From the NCBI GenBank assembly GCA_964436165.1, contig CAYTBY010000001.1:73452-137451 (forward strand): DNA of 64,000 bases, in the 5' to 3' direction. Shown one piece after another: positions 44,744 through 53,823 of this stretch; position 1 is the stretch's first letter; every line of letters begins with the position of its first letter. Source of the DNA: an uncultured Candidatus Saccharibacteria bacterium. GTDB lineage: Bacteria; Patescibacteriota; Minisyncoccia; 2-02-FULL-40-12; GWA2-44-9. A model generated the notes under the pieces. That model did no database searches and was not told where the DNA came from. It worked only from the letters and a program-made list of their open reading frames with translations. The position numbers and the translations under genes were made by a program.

Positions 44744-45817
44744 TTGGCTGGAGACGTTTTCACAATCTTCAATGTTGTCCGTATTTTTGCCGTTGCAACG
44801 GTGGCTTTTTTTGTTACGCTTTTTATTACACCCTTTTGGACAAAAATTTTATATAAGTATCAGCTAGGCAAAGGAGTGGTCCGTCATGAGAATGCGCCTA
44901 TTTTTTCGGAACTTCACAAGAAAAAAGTCGGCATTCCCACAATGGGCGGAGTGGTTATTTGGGCGACGGTATCATTACTAACGATTGGCTATTGGCTGTT
45001 GGCAAAGCTATATCCCGATACGGCTATAGGCAGCATAAATTTTCTTTCCCGCGGCCAAACCTGGGTTCCTTTCGCCGCTTTAATAGTGGCGGCCTTATTT
45101 GGCTTATTGGATGATATGCTGGGTGTTTTGCGCAGAGGTCCTTGGGGCGGGGGATTAAGGATGCGCGACCGTTTGGTTATGTATGCAATTGTCGGGGCTG
45201 GTGGTGCCTGGTGGTTCTATGCCAAGCTCGGTTGGGATTTTATAAACATTCCTTTCCTTGGCGATTGGACCATCGGCTGGCTCTATATCCCGTTTTTTAT
45301 TTTTATAATTATTGCCTCGGCTTTTTCGGCTAATGAAACAGACGGCCTTGATGGCTTGGCGGCTGGAGTTTTTCTGACAATGTTCGGAGCCTATGCGGCT
45401 ATTGCTTTTGATCAGGGGAGAATGGATCTGGTTGTTTTTCTGGCGGCGATTATGGGTTCTTTGGTTGCTTTTTTGTGGTTTAACATCTATCCGGCCAGAT
45501 TTTTTATGGGTGATACCGGTTCAATGTCGCTTGGAATAACCCTTGGGGTCGTGGCGATGCTTACTAATGCGCCCCTGCTCCTTATCCCGATTGCCCTCGT
45601 TTTTATAATGGAATCCGGTTCGGTGATAATCCAGTTAACATCAAAAAAATTACGCCAGAAAAAAGTATTTCTCTCTACTCCAATCCACCACCACTTCGAA
45701 GCCCTCGGCTGGCCCGAAACCCAAGTTACAATGCGATTTTGGATGGTAAGTGCTATCGGGGCAATAATCGGTCTTATTATATTTCTCGTTGACTCCAAAA
45801 TCCCCCCGTTATTTTAA
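44744..45817 (+). CDS. mraY: Phospho-N-acetylmuramoyl-pentapeptide transferase
   Basis: DDMLGV, NETDGLDGLAAG, FMGDTGSMSLG; about 10 TM. Confidence 0.85.
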   Translation: MAGDVFTIFNVVRIFAVATVAFFVTLFITPFWTKILYKYQLGKGVVRHENAPIFSELHKKKVGIPTMGGVVIWATVSLLTIGYWLLAKLYPDTAIGSINFLSRGQTWVPFAALIVAALFGLLDDMLGVLRRGPWGGGLRMRDRLVMYAIVGAGGAWWFYAKLGWDFINIPFLGDWTIGWLYIPFFIFIIIASAFSANETDGLDGLAAGVFLTMFGAYAAIAFDQGRMDLVVFLAAIMGSLVAFLWFNIYPARFFMGDTGSMSLGITLGVVAMLTNAPLLLIPIALVFIMESGSVIIQLTSKKLRQKKVFLSTPIHHHFEALGWPETQVTMRFWMVSAIGAIIGLIIFLVDSKIPPLF

Positions 45818-45826
45818 TTGTCTTAT

Positions 45827-45866
45827 AATAGTTTCGTTCGAAACCATTATAAGACAATTTCAAAAT
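45827..45866. terminator. Strong hairpin after mraY (12-bp perfect stem with a nested palindromic loop)
   Basis: ttgtcttataat-agtttcgttcgaaacc-attataagacaa. Confidence 0.5.
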
Positions 45867-45981
45867 ATTCTTAATATAAGAAGAACCGAGTCGGTTCTTT
45901 GGCGAAAAACTTGACTATTTCTTGACTTTGTGTTATTAGTGGAAGATTACTCTTTGACAACTCAATAAGGAGACCCGCTAA

Positions 45982-47754
45982 ATGGTGAATTGGGCTAAGA
46001 GATTTCTGGATAGACGAATAACTAATCCCGGCGTCAGGTTGATGGTCAATGCCATAGGTCAAGAGAAGGGCGTAAAAAAGGTATTTTTAGTCAGTATCTC
46101 CGGCTCCATACTGGGCGCATTTGTGCCGCTGATATACGGAAAAGTTATCAGAATGGCCGGAGACCGAACCTTCACCGTAGAATATATCCTTCTTTTTGTG
46201 CTGATGTGGATGACTATTGATCAAATACGCAACTGGACCACCAGATATTCGGATAAACAGGGCGTTTATACTTCCTGGGACGCTGACTATAATCTTTTTA
46301 TGAAGTCCTTGGCTCATTTGGTCCGGCTTCCGATGTCTTATTTATCAGAGCAACGGCTTCATAAGACCGTAGAAAGAGCGGCGCGGGGAGCGGACTATCT
46401 GGGAAGAATGATAAGAGACGTTCTATTTTCGCTTATTCCCCACTTCTTGAGTTTAGTATTTTCTTTTGTTCTCATGTTCTGGCTTCAGTGGCAGCTGGGC
46501 GTCCTTGTTCTTCTAACCGTGATCCTTTATACCTTCGCGATGACATCCAATAACAAGAAAATAGTTACTCTGAACCGGGAGAATAGAAAAATTTGGGAAG
46601 AGGCCTGGGGTCATATGGGTGATGTGACGAGTAATATCAAAGCCGTTAAGGCCAATACCAATGAAGAGTTTGAGATAGAAAGGATCGAAATTAATTTCAG
46701 CAAGTGCTACGGCAATGAGAGAAAAGTTCAAGATCTAAGGAATAGAATTCAGGCCTATGAACATTTTATATTCGGCTGCGGTTCTGTAATAACCCTTGCT
46801 CTTGGTTCTCTGATGTTAAGGTGGGGGATGATCGATGCCGGCGGTTTGTTCTCTTTCCTTGGATATATTCAGCTGGCCTATACTCCGTTTAGCCGCTTGG
46901 CCCACAACTGGCGGTTTGTTCTGGAGACATTGGTTGTTGAAGAAAGAGTCGCCAAGTTTCTGGAAGTGGAAAGAGAGAATTATGAGAGCGGAGATGAAAT
47001 ACTGATCACCGGAGATATTGAGTTTAGGAATGTAACCTTTAAGTATGGAGAATCGGGGAGCGATGTTCTGAAAAATATTAATTTATCAATTAAAGAAGGC
47101 GAAACCGTAGCTCTTGTCGGAGGGAGCGGTGTCGGTAAAACAACCCTGATAGATCTGTTGTGCAGGTATTATGATCCTTCAGACGGACTGATAACAATTA
47201 ACGGCCTGGATATAAAAAAGTGGACGCTTAAGTCGCTCAGGTCTCAAATGGGCGTGGTTCCTCAAGACGTATCTCTTCTCAACGATACCATTAAACTCAA
47301 TATTGCCTACGGAGATATTGAAAAAATATCTGATAAGGCGGCCATAGAAGATGCGGCCAGAGCTTCTTATGCCCATAACTTTATTACCGGCGATAGATTC
47401 ACCAATGGCTATGATCAAATAGTGGGTGAAAGAGGCATAAAGCTTTCAGCCGGTCAGAAACAAAGAGTGGCTATTGCCAGAGCCCTGCTCCGAGACCCTA
47501 AAATTCTTATCCTTGATGAAGCGACTTCGGCTCTTGATTCTGAATCAGAGATGTACGTCCAGCAGGCCCTGGAAGTGCTTATCAAGAGCAGAACGACCTT
47601 GATTATAGCTCATCGTTTGAGTACGGTTAAAAAGGCGGACAAGATTGTTGTCCTTCACGATGGAGGAGTTGCCGAAATTGGCAAGCACTACGAGCTGATA
47701 GCCAGAGATGGAATATATAAGAAACTCATTAATCTGCAGAGTTTCAAGGAATAG
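45982..47754 (+). CDS. ABC transporter, fused permease/ATPase exporter (MsbA-like)
   Basis: 6 TM N-terminal domain. Walker A GGSGVGKTTL. Signature LSAGQKQRVAIARAL. Walker B ILILDEATSALD. Confidence 0.8.
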   Translation: MVNWAKRFLDRRITNPGVRLMVNAIGQEKGVKKVFLVSISGSILGAFVPLIYGKVIRMAGDRTFTVEYILLFVLMWMTIDQIRNWTTRYSDKQGVYTSWDADYNLFMKSLAHLVRLPMSYLSEQRLHKTVERAARGADYLGRMIRDVLFSLIPHFLSLVFSFVLMFWLQWQLGVLVLLTVILYTFAMTSNNKKIVTLNRENRKIWEEAWGHMGDVTSNIKAVKANTNEEFEIERIEINFSKCYGNERKVQDLRNRIQAYEHFIFGCGSVITLALGSLMLRWGMIDAGGLFSFLGYIQLAYTPFSRLAHNWRFVLETLVVEERVAKFLEVERENYESGDEILITGDIEFRNVTFKYGESGSDVLKNINLSIKEGETVALVGGSGVGKTTLIDLLCRYYDPSDGLITINGLDIKKWTLKSLRSQMGVVPQDVSLLNDTIKLNIAYGDIEKISDKAAIEDAARASYAHNFITGDRFTNGYDQIVGERGIKLSAGQKQRVAIARALLRDPKILILDEATSALDSESEMYVQQALEVLIKSRTTLIIAHRLSTVKKADKIVVLHDGGVAEIGKHYELIARDGIYKKLINLQSFKE

Positions 47755-47756
47755 AT

Positions 47757-47784
47757 CCGAGAGAAATCTCGGGTTTTTTGTTGT
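47757..47784 (+). terminator. Rho-independent terminator
   Basis: ccgagagaaatctcgg followed by gttttttgtt. Confidence 0.6.
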
Positions 47785-47800
47785 ATAATTAAGTTATGCC

Positions 47801-47864
47801 AGGTAGTAGAAGTTCCGAATACCTGGCTGGCGGCTTAAATTTATCGGAACTTTCACTACCTGGA
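47801..47864 (+). promoter_or_regulatory. Inverted-repeat pair in the ftsW leader (arms about 47801-47819 and 47846-47864), abutting the start codon
   Basis: ccaggtagtagaagttccg … cggaactttcactacctgg (17/19 complementary). Motif shared with 36806-36939. Confidence 0.5.
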
Positions 47865-48937
47865 TGGTTAAAGCGTTACTTTTCATAACCCTAGTCCTTC
47901 TTGTTTTTGGTTTGGTTGTTTTGTCGTCGGCGGGGATTGTCGAGGGTCAGAAGAAATTTGGCTCGTCATATTATTATTTAAATCATCAGCTGTTTGGAGT
48001 GGCCATCGGTCTGGCGGCGATGTTTATACTGTCAAAGATTGACTATAAATTTTGGAAGAAGGTTTCACTTCCAATACTGCTCGGAGCATTGTTTGTTCTG
48101 GCCCTAGTTTTTATTCCTCCTTTCGGTCATGGCCTTAAGGGAGCTAATCGGTGGATAAATGTGGCTGGTTTTTCTTTCCAGCCGTCAGAGCTTTTAAAAC
48201 TAGGACTTATTATTTACCTTGCCGCCTGGTTCGGTAACCGAGACGAAAGAATAAGAAACTGGACTTATGGCATGGCTCCGTTTTTTCTGGTTTTGTCTTT
48301 TGTGGCGGCTTTGCTGGCTCTTCAGCCGGATATCGGAACGCTCATAGTGGTAACATTAATCTCTCTGGCTATTTATTTCTTTGCCGGTTCAAGGTTAAAA
48401 CATCTAGCCATTATCGGAGTTGTTATCGCTGTTGTTTTGGTGGGGATGATATGGCTTGAACCGTATCGTTTTAATAGGATAAAGACATTTCTTGATCCGT
48501 CATTTGAACCACAGGGGATTTCTTATCAGCTTAATCAATCACTGATCGGTATTGGTTCAGGCGGGATGTTCGGTGTCGGATTCGGTAAAAGTACCCAAAA
48601 GTTCGGTTTTCTTCCCGAGGTTATTCACGATTCCATATTTGCTATTGTTGTAGAAGAGTTAGGATTTGTGGGGGCATCATTTTTGGTAGGACTGTTTTTG
48701 CTTTTTACTTTTTTGATGGTTTGGACGGCTAATAATATAAGCGATAAATTCGGCAAACTTTTGATTATGGGAATGGCAACTTGGGTTATCGGCCAGGCAT
48801 TTTTGAATATTATGGCTATATCCGGTCTGGCGCCTTTAACCGGCATCCCTCTGCCATTTGTTAGCTATGGCGGAACGGCAATGATGACGATTCTCGCCGG
48901 AATGGGGATTGTATTAAATATCGCCAGAAGAGCTTAA
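47864..48937 (+). CDS. ftsW: SEDS-family peptidoglycan glycosyltransferase FtsW/RodA
   Basis: 10 TM. Conserved …NIMAISGLAPLTGIPLPFVSYGGT… near the C-terminus. Sits in the cell-wall gene cluster. Confidence 0.8.
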   Translation: MVKALLFITLVLLVFGLVVLSSAGIVEGQKKFGSSYYYLNHQLFGVAIGLAAMFILSKIDYKFWKKVSLPILLGALFVLALVFIPPFGHGLKGANRWINVAGFSFQPSELLKLGLIIYLAAWFGNRDERIRNWTYGMAPFFLVLSFVAALLALQPDIGTLIVVTLISLAIYFFAGSRLKHLAIIGVVIAVVLVGMIWLEPYRFNRIKTFLDPSFEPQGISYQLNQSLIGIGSGGMFGVGFGKSTQKFGFLPEVIHDSIFAIVVEELGFVGASFLVGLFLLFTFLMVWTANNISDKFGKLLIMGMATWVIGQAFLNIMAISGLAPLTGIPLPFVSYGGTAMMTILAGMGIVLNIARRA

Positions 48938-49037
48938 TTATACTTGCTGGCCGTCTTTGGGATGAGTCTCCGCTCGAAAGCACAAACGGATTATTGTGAG
49001 TTCATTGTAGTTTGCAAGTTGTGAATTTTAAATCAAT

Positions 49038-49075
49038 ATGTTTATAATATGTCCGGTCGGACATATTATAAACAT
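49038..49075. promoter_or_regulatory. Perfect 18-2-18 palindrome (putative autoregulatory operator overlapping a TATAAT) upstream of the PaaX-like gene
   Basis: atgtttataatatgtccg-gt-cggacatattataaacat. Confidence 0.6.
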
Positions 49076-49104
49076 ATATATTCTGATATTAATATTAACC
49101 AAAA

Positions 49105-49623
49105 ATGAAAGGGGATTTTATTTTAAAATTTATAGAGGTAATGAGGGAAATCGGTTGCGGATTAAGCGAGAGCTGGGATCAGAGGCCGGTTTATAAAGGT
49201 TGTAGATTTGGCCGCTCGAAAAGGCGAGTTGATCAGGGTTTCAGAAATCTTAGAGAACGAGGGCTTATTGTTGAACGGCGAAGCGGTAAATTTAAGTTTA
49301 CGCCCGAAGGTCAGGAATGGTATCGTAGCGCATTGCTGAAATATTTCAGATCTACCGGCCAAAAGTGGGATAAGAAGTGGAGGGTGGTGATTTTTGACAT
49401 ACCGGAAGAATTAAGCAGAGAACGAGTTAAATTCAGAAGAAAATTAAAATCTCTAGGTTTCTATATGTTGCAAAAGAGCGTCTTTATATTTCCTTACCCC
49501 TGCGAAGAGGAAATAGCCGGTTTTGCTAATCAGCTAAAGGTCGGGGATTACATTAATGTTTTAATTGCCGAATCAGCCGGTTATTTGGACGAAGAGGTGC
49601 GAGGGTTTTACGGCTTTAAATAG
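49105..49623 (+). CDS. PaaX-like transcriptional regulator (N-terminal wHTH plus C-terminal Cas2-like ferredoxin-fold domain)
   Basis: The C-terminal KKWRVVIFDIPEELSRERVKFRRKLKSLGFYMLQKSVFIF has the Cas2/PaaX_C pattern beta-hh-D-helix-QxSVF. The N-terminal 90 aa are wHTH-like. No CRISPR array or cas1 anywhere in the window. Confidence 0.5.
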   Translation: MKGDFILKFIEVMREIGCGLSESWDQRPVYKGCRFGRSKRRVDQGFRNLRERGLIVERRSGKFKFTPEGQEWYRSALLKYFRSTGQKWDKKWRVVIFDIPEELSRERVKFRRKLKSLGFYMLQKSVFIFPYPCEEEIAGFANQLKVGDYINVLIAESAGYLDEEVRGFYGFK

Positions 49624-49649
49624 TAAAAATAGCCGCTTAAATAATTACA

Positions 49650-49682
49650 TTTATAAAGTGTCCGACCGGACATAGTATAAAC
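49650..49682. promoter_or_regulatory. Second, imperfect copy of the TTTATAA-N-GTCCG-N2-CGGAC palindrome, downstream of the regulator and upstream of the 49765 operon
   Basis: tttataaagtgtccg-ac-cggacatagtataaac; the centre is inverted relative to the site at 49038-49075. Confidence 0.55.
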
Positions 49683-49764
49683 GCAGATAATTTAATTAAT
49701 TGCGCTTGATTTTTATTAATGGTTTGGTAGAATGGGGTTTATTGTTCTTTTTATGGAGGATAAA

Positions 49765-50004
49765 ATGAAAACGGGACCATTAAATCAAGTTTCTAACAAA
49801 GCACTTATAGCCATAGATAGAATATCAAAAGTTTTACTAAAAACTCCGAACGATGAATGGGAGTTTGTACTTTTACAAGCCAAAGAAAAAACCAAAAAAA
49901 TTTCTTTTGATCAAGCTCACACGAGAATAGAAAATATGAAGTATAAATGGGCTAAAAGACTTGCAAATAAAAATCGTGCTTCAAGAAAAAGGGGAGTAAG
50001 ATGA
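49765..50004 (+). CDS. Small basic hypothetical protein
   Basis: RBS ggagga before ATG 49765 (MKTGPLNQ…). Its stop overlaps the next start (ATGA). Confidence 0.35.
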   Translation: MKTGPLNQVSNKALIAIDRISKVLLKTPNDEWEFVLLQAKEKTKKISFDQAHTRIENMKYKWAKRLANKNRASRKRGVR

Positions 50005-50357
50005 AGGCATTGTTGTGTGAGTATGGAGACAAAAGAAAAAATACTCATTCGGTAATCGTATTGTTGCCTTCAGGAAAAATTGAAGCGGGCATTGGCGATC
50101 TGATAAATGTTGCTCTCGAACTGGAAGGAGAGAAAATTCGAGTTTGGATAATACGCGCTGCCGAGATAGCCTCTTTTAAAACGATTAAGGAAGTTGAGGT
50201 TGGAGGTCGCTTTTTGTTAGAAGTTTTAGAGTATCGGAATGCTCGGGTTGAATATGAGCTTCAGAGTGTCCAATTGAAAGATCGGCTTATGCATCTAATG
50301 CTGACAAAAAACTCTGATGCCTTTACATTTTTAGACGTTGGCTCCGTTGTCCTATAA
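50001..50357 (+). CDS. Hypothetical protein (118 aa)
   Basis: ORF coupled to the upstream gene. Followed by a terminator. Confidence 0.4.
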   Translation: MKALLCEYGDKRKNTHSVIVLLPSGKIEAGIGDLINVALELEGEKIRVWIIRAAEIASFKTIKEVEVGGRFLLEVLEYRNARVEYELQSVQLKDRLMHLMLTKNSDAFTFLDVGSVVL

Positions 50358-50365
50358 ATAAAAAA

Positions 50366-50395
50366 ATCCGCTTATTGGCGGATTTTTAAATGGGC
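50366..50395. terminator. Rho-independent terminator
   Basis: aaatccgcttattggcggattttt. Confidence 0.6.
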
Positions 50396-50404
50396 TTTGT
50401 TGTC

Positions 50405-50767
50405 CTAAATGCAACCCGATGGCGGAATGGCCACTGTTTCTATCTTAAATTCTGGAAGGGGGTTTTTGTATATTTTAATATATGCTCCTGAAGGAGGAAA
50501 CTCACTAACGTTCATGACTATAGCCGTCCGGCCGTCTTTAAAAAATATAGTTGAGAATACCAGGCTTGATATGACAGTTTTTTTTCTTCTTATCCCAGAT
50601 TCAACTGCAAGATTAGTATTTTTGTGAACTACCTTAATGTATTCTCCTTCGGATACTAATTCCCACTTTTTTCTTAAGCTTTGTTCTCTGGTAGAAATAT
50701 AAAAATATAGCCATCCGGTTAATAGTAAAAGGGAGAGCGTAATAAAATAGCCCATGAGTACCGCCAT
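50405..50767 (-). CDS. Membrane-anchored hypothetical protein
   Basis: N-terminal TM MAVLMGYFITLSLLLLTGWLYFYI. Confidence 0.4.
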   Translation of the reverse strand: MAVLMGYFITLSLLLLTGWLYFYISTREQSLRKKWELVSEGEYIKVVHKNTNLAVESGIRRKKTVISSLVFSTIFFKDGRTAIVMNVSEFPPSGAYIKIYKNPLPEFKIETVAIPPSGCI

Positions 50768-50856
50768 TTCATCTCCTCTTTAACGTAAAGGAACTTCAGG
50801 GCTAATATATATTGAATTCGATTAAAATTCAATAATCCAAATCATCAAACAGGAGG

Positions 50857-51117
50857 TTATTTAGTTGGGGCGGCGAGGAGTCGTGCCGCTGAAGATTTCA
50901 GTCTTGAGGCCTTATTTTTTTTGATAACGCCGGTTTTAGCGGCCTTATCAATGGCTTTGTATGTCTTAGCTAATTGGCTCTGAGCCTCCTTGGGGTTGGC
51001 TACGGCCTTTTTGAGGTCCTTTATCGCTGATTTATAAGTATCTGCCCGCTTTAAATTCCTGGCTCTTCGCCCCACTGATTGTCTCAATGCTTTTTTAGCT
51101 GATGCTGTTATCGGCAT
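50857..51117 (-). CDS. rpsT: 30S ribosomal protein S20
   Basis: MPITASAKKALRQSVGRRARN…KAIDKAAKTGVIKKNKASRLKS; the typical S20 sequence. Confidence 0.85.
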   Translation of the reverse strand: MPITASAKKALRQSVGRRARNLKRADTYKSAIKDLKKAVANPKEAQSQLAKTYKAIDKAAKTGVIKKNKASRLKSSAARLLAAPTK

Positions 51118-51237
51118 AGTTTATGATATGATACTAAATTTTTATTTTTTATGCAAGGCCCTTGCTTTATATTTCCGCGAGTGTTAGTCTTGAAATACCG
51201 TTATTTGACAAGGGAAGCCCGTCTTCCCAAGGAGATG

Positions 51238-51660
51238 ATCATGAGAAAGATCATGGCATTGTTTTCTATTTATGCATTTCTTCTTTTGTTTGCATCATCG
51301 GTATTGGCTCAGGTGGCTCTACCCGATTATTCCGGTTGGGACAGCAGACCTACCTCATCTCGAGCGGTTCATAATGGCAATAATGTTGTACTTAGTGGTA
51401 CTTACTATTATCATCGTGATCAGTCAAATATGCGTGAAGAATCTATCAGTGTGTTAAATGATGAGAGTGGAAGAGAATGGCTTATTTTGTATGCATATTT
51501 CCAACATACTCCCGATCATGTGAATGAAAACCTTCCGCGTTATCATGTTTTTGAATATCAAAACGGCAGATGGGTTCATGTCCAGGATTTTTCTGACAGT
51601 ACTAATTTTAATGGTGATTTAAGTGACTTTTTAAAAAACCAATATAACCTCGTATTCTAA
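51238..51660 (+). CDS. Secreted hypothetical protein (signal peptide)
   Basis: RBS aaggag before ATG. MIMRKIMALFSIYAFLLLFASSVLAQ. Confidence 0.45.
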   Translation: MMRKIMALFSIYAFLLLFASSVLAQVALPDYSGWDSRPTSSRAVHNGNNVVLSGTYYYHRDQSNMREESISVLNDESGREWLILYAYFQHTPDHVNENLPRYHVFEYQNGRWVHVQDFSDSTNFNGDLSDFLKNQYNLVF

Positions 51661-51695
51661 TGTAGATTTTTTATGGCTCGCTTCTAGCGGGCCTT

Positions 51696-53807
51696 TTATT
51701 TGTTTAGGGGGGCTAGATCACTCTTTATTTTTCTTATCTGCTCCCTTAGCGTCAAAGCTCTGTCGTACTCCATTTTTTTGGCGGCCCGTTCCATCATTTT
51801 GGTAAGTTGAGCGACAATCTTGCCTTTACTGCTATTACCAAAAACAAAAACCGTATCATCTTCTTCCTGGCCCCAACGACGAGTTTTACTAGTTCCATTA
51901 TTGGAAATCGGGAGGTCAAAATTACTAATTGATTTTTGAATGGTTGTTGGCGTAATGTCGTTGGCTTTATTGTGCTCTTCCTGTTTGGTTCTTCGGCGCA
52001 TGGTTTCGCCGATCGAAGCTTTAATTGATTTAGTCAACTTATCGGCATACATAATAACATGCCCGTTAACGTGTCTGGCCGCTCGGCCCATAGTTTGGAT
52101 TAGCGTCGTGGTATTGCGGAGGAATCCTTCTTTATCGGCGTCGAGGATGGCGATCAGTGAAACTTCAGGCAAATCCAAGCCTTCTCGCAAAAGATTTACT
52201 CCAACTAAGACATCATGGTGGCCCAGGCGGAAGTCCTTTAATATTTTTAATCGTTCAAGGGTTTTAATCTCAGAATGAATGTAGTTAACTTTTATTTTGG
52301 CATCGGCCAGATACTCCGATAAATCTTCGGCCATTCTCTTGGTTAAAGTGGTAACGATAACCCTTTCTTTATTCGCAGTCCGCTTTTTAATTTCTGAAAG
52401 CAGGTGTTCCATCTGATTTTTGCTAGGTTGTATTTCTATAGTCGGATCTAAGAGTCCTGTCGGCCGGATAAGCTGTTCGGCAATATTTGCTTTACCGGCC
52501 TTTTCAAGTTCATATATTCCGGGTGTGGCTGAAACATAAACTGTTTTCTGTATTCTTTTATTAAATTCTAAAAACTTTAACGGCCGGTTATCAAGGGCTG
52601 ACGGCAAGCGGAAACCGTAGTCAACTAGGGTGCTTTTTCTGGAATGATCCCCGTTAAACATTCCCCTGATCTGGGGAATAGAAATATGCGACTCGTCCAT
52701 AATGGTCAGGAATTCCCCCTTTGATCCGCCTTTGGCGGAAAAGAAATCAATCAGGGTATAGGGCGGTTCGCCAGGTTTGCGGAAATCAAGATGCCGCGAG
52801 TAGTTCTCAATGCCGTGGCAGTAGCCGGTTCGTTTCATCATGTCAATGTCGTACATTGTTTTTTCGTAAAGCCGGGCCGCTTCCTGGAGTTTTTTGGCTT
52901 TCTTTAAAACTTTCATTGTTTGCTGAAGTTCGCCTTTTATATTTTCTATAGCGATGGCAATTTTACTATCCGAAGTCAGCCAGTATTTTGCCGGTAGAAT
53001 TGTGGTTTCGACTATTTTTTCAAACTCAGGTTCTTTGGTTTCAAGTTCTTCCGGTTCAGAGATAGTGGCATGCATGACTTTGATCCCGTACGAAGTAGCC
53101 GCGCTGCGGTCCTTAGGACTCGCGACGAAGTCGCGAGCGCGACTTCGTACGGGATTATCCATGCTATTATTCGGAAACGTTATTTTAAAAATATTCTGGC
53201 CATCGGGGCCCATCAGTTCTATTTCATTTCTTGTTTTTCGGAAACATCCGCGCTTCAATTCTATATCTTGGGCATACTGGAGCCGTATCAATCCGCGGAT
53301 AAGTTCGTCCGGTTTTATTTTCTGGCCTTCAAATATGTTGAGGCCCATGTTTCTATATTCTTCCGGTGAGCCAAGGTTGTAGATGCAAGAAACAGAGGCG
53401 ACAATAATTACATCATCTCGTGACATTAAGGCTTGGGTTGTGGCATGGCGAAGCCGGTCAAGCTCCTCGTTTATTTTAGAATCTTTTTCGATGTAGGTGT
53501 CAGTGTGAGGTATGTAGGCTTCGGGCTGGTAGTAGTCGTAATATGAAACGAAATAATGGACGGCGTTGTGCGGGAAAAATTCTTTGAATTCTTTATATAA
53601 TTGGGCGGCGAGGGTCTTGTTGTGGGAAATAATCAGAGTTGGTTTCTGGTACTGCTCAATGACTTTAGCCATCGTAAACGTTTTTCCGCTTCCGGTTACA
53701 CCCAAAAGCACCTGGTGTTTTTTCCCGGACTTTAATCCCTTGGCGAGTTGTTGAATCGCCTGTGGCTGATCTCCTGTTGGCGAATATTTTGATATCAGTT
53801 TAAACAC
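51696..53807 (-). CDS. uvrB: Excinuclease ABC subunit B
   Basis: GVTGSGKTFTMAKVIE, YFVSYYDYYQPEAY, …GYCHGIENYSRHLD…; full length, about 45 aa longer than typical in domain 2. Confidence 0.9.
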   Translation of the reverse strand: MFKLISKYSPTGDQPQAIQQLAKGLKSGKKHQVLLGVTGSGKTFTMAKVIEQYQKPTLIISHNKTLAAQLYKEFKEFFPHNAVHYFVSYYDYYQPEAYIPHTDTYIEKDSKINEELDRLRHATTQALMSRDDVIIVASVSCIYNLGSPEEYRNMGLNIFEGQKIKPDELIRGLIRLQYAQDIELKRGCFRKTRNEIELMGPDGQNIFKITFPNNSMDNPVRSRARDFVASPKDRSAATSYGIKVMHATISEPEELETKEPEFEKIVETTILPAKYWLTSDSKIAIAIENIKGELQQTMKVLKKAKKLQEAARLYEKTMYDIDMMKRTGYCHGIENYSRHLDFRKPGEPPYTLIDFFSAKGGSKGEFLTIMDESHISIPQIRGMFNGDHSRKSTLVDYGFRLPSALDNRPLKFLEFNKRIQKTVYVSATPGIYELEKAGKANIAEQLIRPTGLLDPTIEIQPSKNQMEHLLSEIKKRTANKERVIVTTLTKRMAEDLSEYLADAKIKVNYIHSEIKTLERLKILKDFRLGHHDVLVGVNLLREGLDLPEVSLIAILDADKEGFLRNTTTLIQTMGRAARHVNGHVIMYADKLTKSIKASIGETMRRRTKQEEHNKANDITPTTIQKSISNFDLPISNNGTSKTRRWGQEEDDTVFVFGNSSKGKIVAQLTKMMERAAKKMEYDRALTLREQIRKIKSDLAPLNK
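53088..53153 (-). repeat. 66-bp GC-rich nested-palindrome element inserted in frame in uvrB (encodes VRSRARDFVASPKDRSAATSYG)
   Basis: cgtacgaagt…gtccttaggac…tcgcgacgaagtcgcga…acttcgtacg. Outer 10-bp inverted arms plus two internal perfect palindromes. About 68% GC inside an approximately 40% GC gene. Confidence 0.6.
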
Positions 53808-53823
53808 GTGTTACTCTTAAGGC

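Noticed and set aside
49105-49623. Cas2-like sequence pattern (VVIFDIP…QKSVFIF), suggesting a CRISPR adaptation gene
   Set aside because: No CRISPR repeat array, cas1 or any other cas gene exists in the 64 kb. The protein has an N-terminal wHTH and is flanked by palindromic operators, fitting a PaaX-type regulator that merely shares the Cas2 fold.
53088-53153. Intein or sequencing chimera in uvrB
   Set aside because: 66 bp (22 aa) is far too short for an intein and lacks its splice-junction motifs. The reading frame is preserved and the segment is internally palindromic, which fits a small repeat-element insertion instead.
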